Assembly (NCBI GenBank): GCA_965644295.1
Contig: CBFFRP010000365.1
Location: 167,793-231,792, forward strand
Length of the DNA: 64,000 nt
Direction of reading: 5' to 3'
Source: Paraphysomonas bandaiensis
Taxonomy: Eukaryota > Protista > Chrysophyceae
The position numbers and the translations under genes are program-made. Below, in pieces: positions 61,732-64,000 of this stretch (its first letter is position 1; every line of letters starts with the position of its first letter). Below the pieces are notes generated by a model. The model was not told where the DNA came from and did no database searches. It was given only the letters and a program-made list of their open reading frames with translations.

Positions 61732-62140
61732 TCGAAAAAGATAAGGAGTGATAAGGAGTGTTATAGTTAGCTATACAGGTAGAAATGTATAAGTGATCTA
61801 CTCATGTACATGTACAGTGTATGTCTGTATCGCTGATATAACTATGTCTTGGGCTGTGTTGAAGAGACATGCAGATGGCGGGATATATTCAACTGACAAA
61901 CAGAAGTTACATACTGCTGCCTGCTGTACTACACTACGGTATACTGCTGTATATATATATGCCCACATATGTGTACATGCTGTGCATCATACTGTGTATA
62001 CCGCCGTATATGTGTCGTGTGAGGGAGATAGGAATGATATGTCTATGTGGTGATACTAGAAGAGCCTGTGGGATTATATGCATCATTGTGGACACTGTTC
62101 ATATATAAACACAAACACATCTCTTCGTAACAGTGTAAGT

Positions 62141-64000
62141 ATGCCAACTCCAAACACTGTCATTGACACTCTACTCAATAATACCTTTATATCATGCATA
62201 TCAGATTCTTGTTGGAATACATATCATACATGTAATTTTACATCACCAAGAAAATTCCCATCAAATTCTTTCATTTCCAATGGATACTTCAACTTCAAAG
62301 AAATTCTATCATATATATCAAATGAAGTCGAAGTCACTTCATATGAGATCATATCAATATTAGGTAAACAATCATATGAGTATATGATACAGAGAGATAC
62401 ATATATATGCCATTTAAAACATCATGATCAATTCATTCCATTATTTTTATTACATTGTACAGTAATTGAGACATTATTACATCAAGCTGTTAAATTGAAT
62501 GGTGTATCTACTGTATTACTTAAAGATGCATTGAATAGTGAGGTACTTTTACTTGTACTACCATCTGCTATAGTGGAGATGTGTCGCTATCTATTGTTAC
62601 CATCCGGTTTAAATCTTCGAAATGTTTTATGGCATGGATTTATGACACCAACAGAAGTTGATATTCATTTTTATTGTCTATTATATACATTGCGTTACAC
62701 TCTGGAAGCTGTGATAAAGGACACGAGCTACGTCAAACATACCAGGACATTAGATGAATCCCGTCACACTGAATTATACACACCATTGCGCCGTGTATGT
62801 TGTGATCCTAATGCCATTGTATCAGCACTCGCAGCGGAATCGCTCTTTCTTTTGCCTGGTCGATCAGCACTAGTTCAATCTGCATACACAGATTTTGCAC
62901 ACGGCAGGCATCTCAGCTGCTTACTGAAAGTGATTCCGTGTCTTGAGCACAGCTTACGGGTGGTGTTCTGTCTTGCAAACCAACTACCGGAGTATGTTCT
63001 AGCTGAGGAAGGTCGTTACTACAGTACGCTAGATGGATTTGGACAACGCAGTAAACATCAGTTACTACTTGACCCTTTTCTACATCCGTCGCACTCTTCT
63101 GCAGAAGCAGGAGGAATGTATACAGAGATTAACAGACTTCCTGAAGCTGTAGGTTGCGGAGCCTATTCCCTGCTTGTCGACATGTTCTTTTCGGATGCTG
63201 GTCCTAATATTCGCGGTTTGCTCGCTCATGGGGAGGTGGATCTATCTTCGGAATTTGATACAGATGGACATCACCCAATGGACAGAGATCTCTCTGGGGC
63301 GGCATGTGCTATATTGGTGCTCTTTTCATATCTGTCCTGGCGTTTCAGAAAGTCTCATGACTTTACAGAAAGACTGATACGTTCGTATAAAGAAAAAGGG
63401 TCAGTGGACCTTCTTCAAGGCAGAGTTATTTTATCACCTGCTGATGCTGATCTCTCGTTGTTGGTATCGACTGTGGAACAGTGGCAGTCACTCTATCATC
63501 CCCACCGTATGCTTGCTCGTGACATTGCACAAGCTTGCACTGCTATTGGAGATCTTTGTCGTGCATTATCATGCCGTATGGTTTCTGTTGTTGAGGCTGA
63601 TCACAGAGGGGATATAGCAAACGAAGGCTGCGAACCCATGTCCGAGTGCCAATTCAATGTTCAGGTTTGCGACAATGGTGCAGTGGTGAGTTTGTGGGAG
63701 AAATCGTCCCGTATTCATGCGCTGGTGTCTTCTGCTATTATCCCAAGCAGCATTCGAGAAAAAAAGGATCAGAAGCTGAAGAGTAACAGGAGCATAGGAG
63801 AGCTTACTGCAACTGCACTACGTACTTCAGAGAATCATATCAAAGCTCTTTCATCAAATTCCCACGCTCGTGAGTGGGATGTATTTCAAAATTTAGTGAA
63901 CTGCCTGAAATGTGTTCCTGAGCCCTCGTTACATCCACAGACTACCCCATCGGTACCATTCAAAGACCCCAGGTGTACAGTGGATGCATGTTTTCACGCC
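62141..64000 (+). CDS. ERMARD: ER membrane-associated RNA degradation protein (DUF4209/C6orf70)-like; runs off the window end
   Basis: Manual translation of the long exon from about 62463 gives LLKDAL, PSGLNLRNVLWHGF, IPCLEHSLRVVF, YYSTLD, GPNIRGLLAHGEVD and YHP. Confidence 0.85.
   Translation, partial: MPTPNTVIDTLLNNTFISCISDSCWNTYHTCNFTSPRKFPSNSFISNGYFNFKEILSYISNEVEVTSYEIISILGKQSYEYMIQRDTYICHLKHHDQFIPLFLLHCTVIETLLHQAVKLNGVSTVLLKDALNSEVLLLVLPSAIVEMCRYLLLPSGLNLRNVLWHGFMTPTEVDIHFYCLLYTLRYTLEAVIKDTSYVKHTRTLDESRHTELYTPLRRVCCDPNAIVSALAAESLFLLPGRSALVQSAYTDFAHGRHLSCLLKVIPCLEHSLRVVFCLANQLPEYVLAEEGRYYSTLDGFGQRSKHQLLLDPFLHPSHSSAEAGGMYTEINRLPEAVGCGAYSLLVDMFFSDAGPNIRGLLAHGEVDLSSEFDTDGHHPMDRDLSGAACAILVLFSYLSWRFRKSHDFTERLIRSYKEKGSVDLLQGRVILSPADADLSLLVSTVEQWQSLYHPHRMLARDIAQACTAIGDLCRALSCRMVSVVEADHRGDIANEGCEPMSECQFNVQVCDNGAVVSLWEKSSRIHALVSSAIIPSSIREKKDQKLKSNRSIGELTATALRTSENHIKALSSNSHAREWDVFQNLVNCLKCVPEPSLHPQTTPSVPFKDPRCTVDACFHA

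Noticed and set aside
1-64000. Alternative genetic code or stop-codon readthrough to explain the fragmented ORFs
   Set aside because: The breaks examined in host genes are explained by short GT-AG introns (one GC-AG).
1-64000. Functional gene cluster, tRNA/rRNA/snRNA genes, and the many short antisense ORFs
   Set aside because: Neighbouring genes are functionally unrelated, no RNA gene was recognisable by eye, and the antisense ORFs overlap well-supported genes and carry no motifs.

Overview
This is AT-rich eukaryotic genomic DNA with many short (about 45-60 nt) spliceosomal introns and the standard genetic code. The axonemal genes and a stramenopile-type transcription-factor domain suggest a flagellated stramenopile, possibly a chrysophyte/ochrophyte (inference). 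About 19 host genes are recognisable: NPRL2, CFAP61, a USP8-dimer/OTU-like protein, a GT18/MGAT5-like glycosyltransferase, an IQ-motif unknown, a Niban-like PH protein, RPS28 (missed by the ORF track), a CCX/NCLX exchanger, RalGAP-beta, a LIMK/TESK-like kinase, a fused methionine-salvage enzyme, a small membrane protein, RPT1, an LRR protein, peptidase S51, a RING/Myb-like/GAF protein, a bZIP factor, a TPR-YkgJ protein, an EF-hand protein and ERMARD. Mobile DNA includes a young full-length Ty1/copia element (34071-40727, TA...CA LTRs, GTTGA target-site duplication), three hAT-type non-autonomous elements with perfect 8-bp TSDs, older hAT and copia relics, a Helitron-like repeat family and two long (TATG)n arrays. 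The most notable items are: (1) a 1.2-kb antisense cargo inside the copia gag, encoding acidic, Tudor-like and CHZ-like motifs; (2) an MtnD-MtnB-MtnC triple fusion whose ARD domain lacks three of four metal ligands; (3) a USP8-dimer plus OTU-like deubiquitinase visible only after splicing; (4) an adenylate-kinase-like domain inserted in CFAP61; (5) a RING/Myb-like protein carrying an NLP-type GAF domain. All family calls come from motif recognition by eye; no database searches were run, so novelty is unverified.
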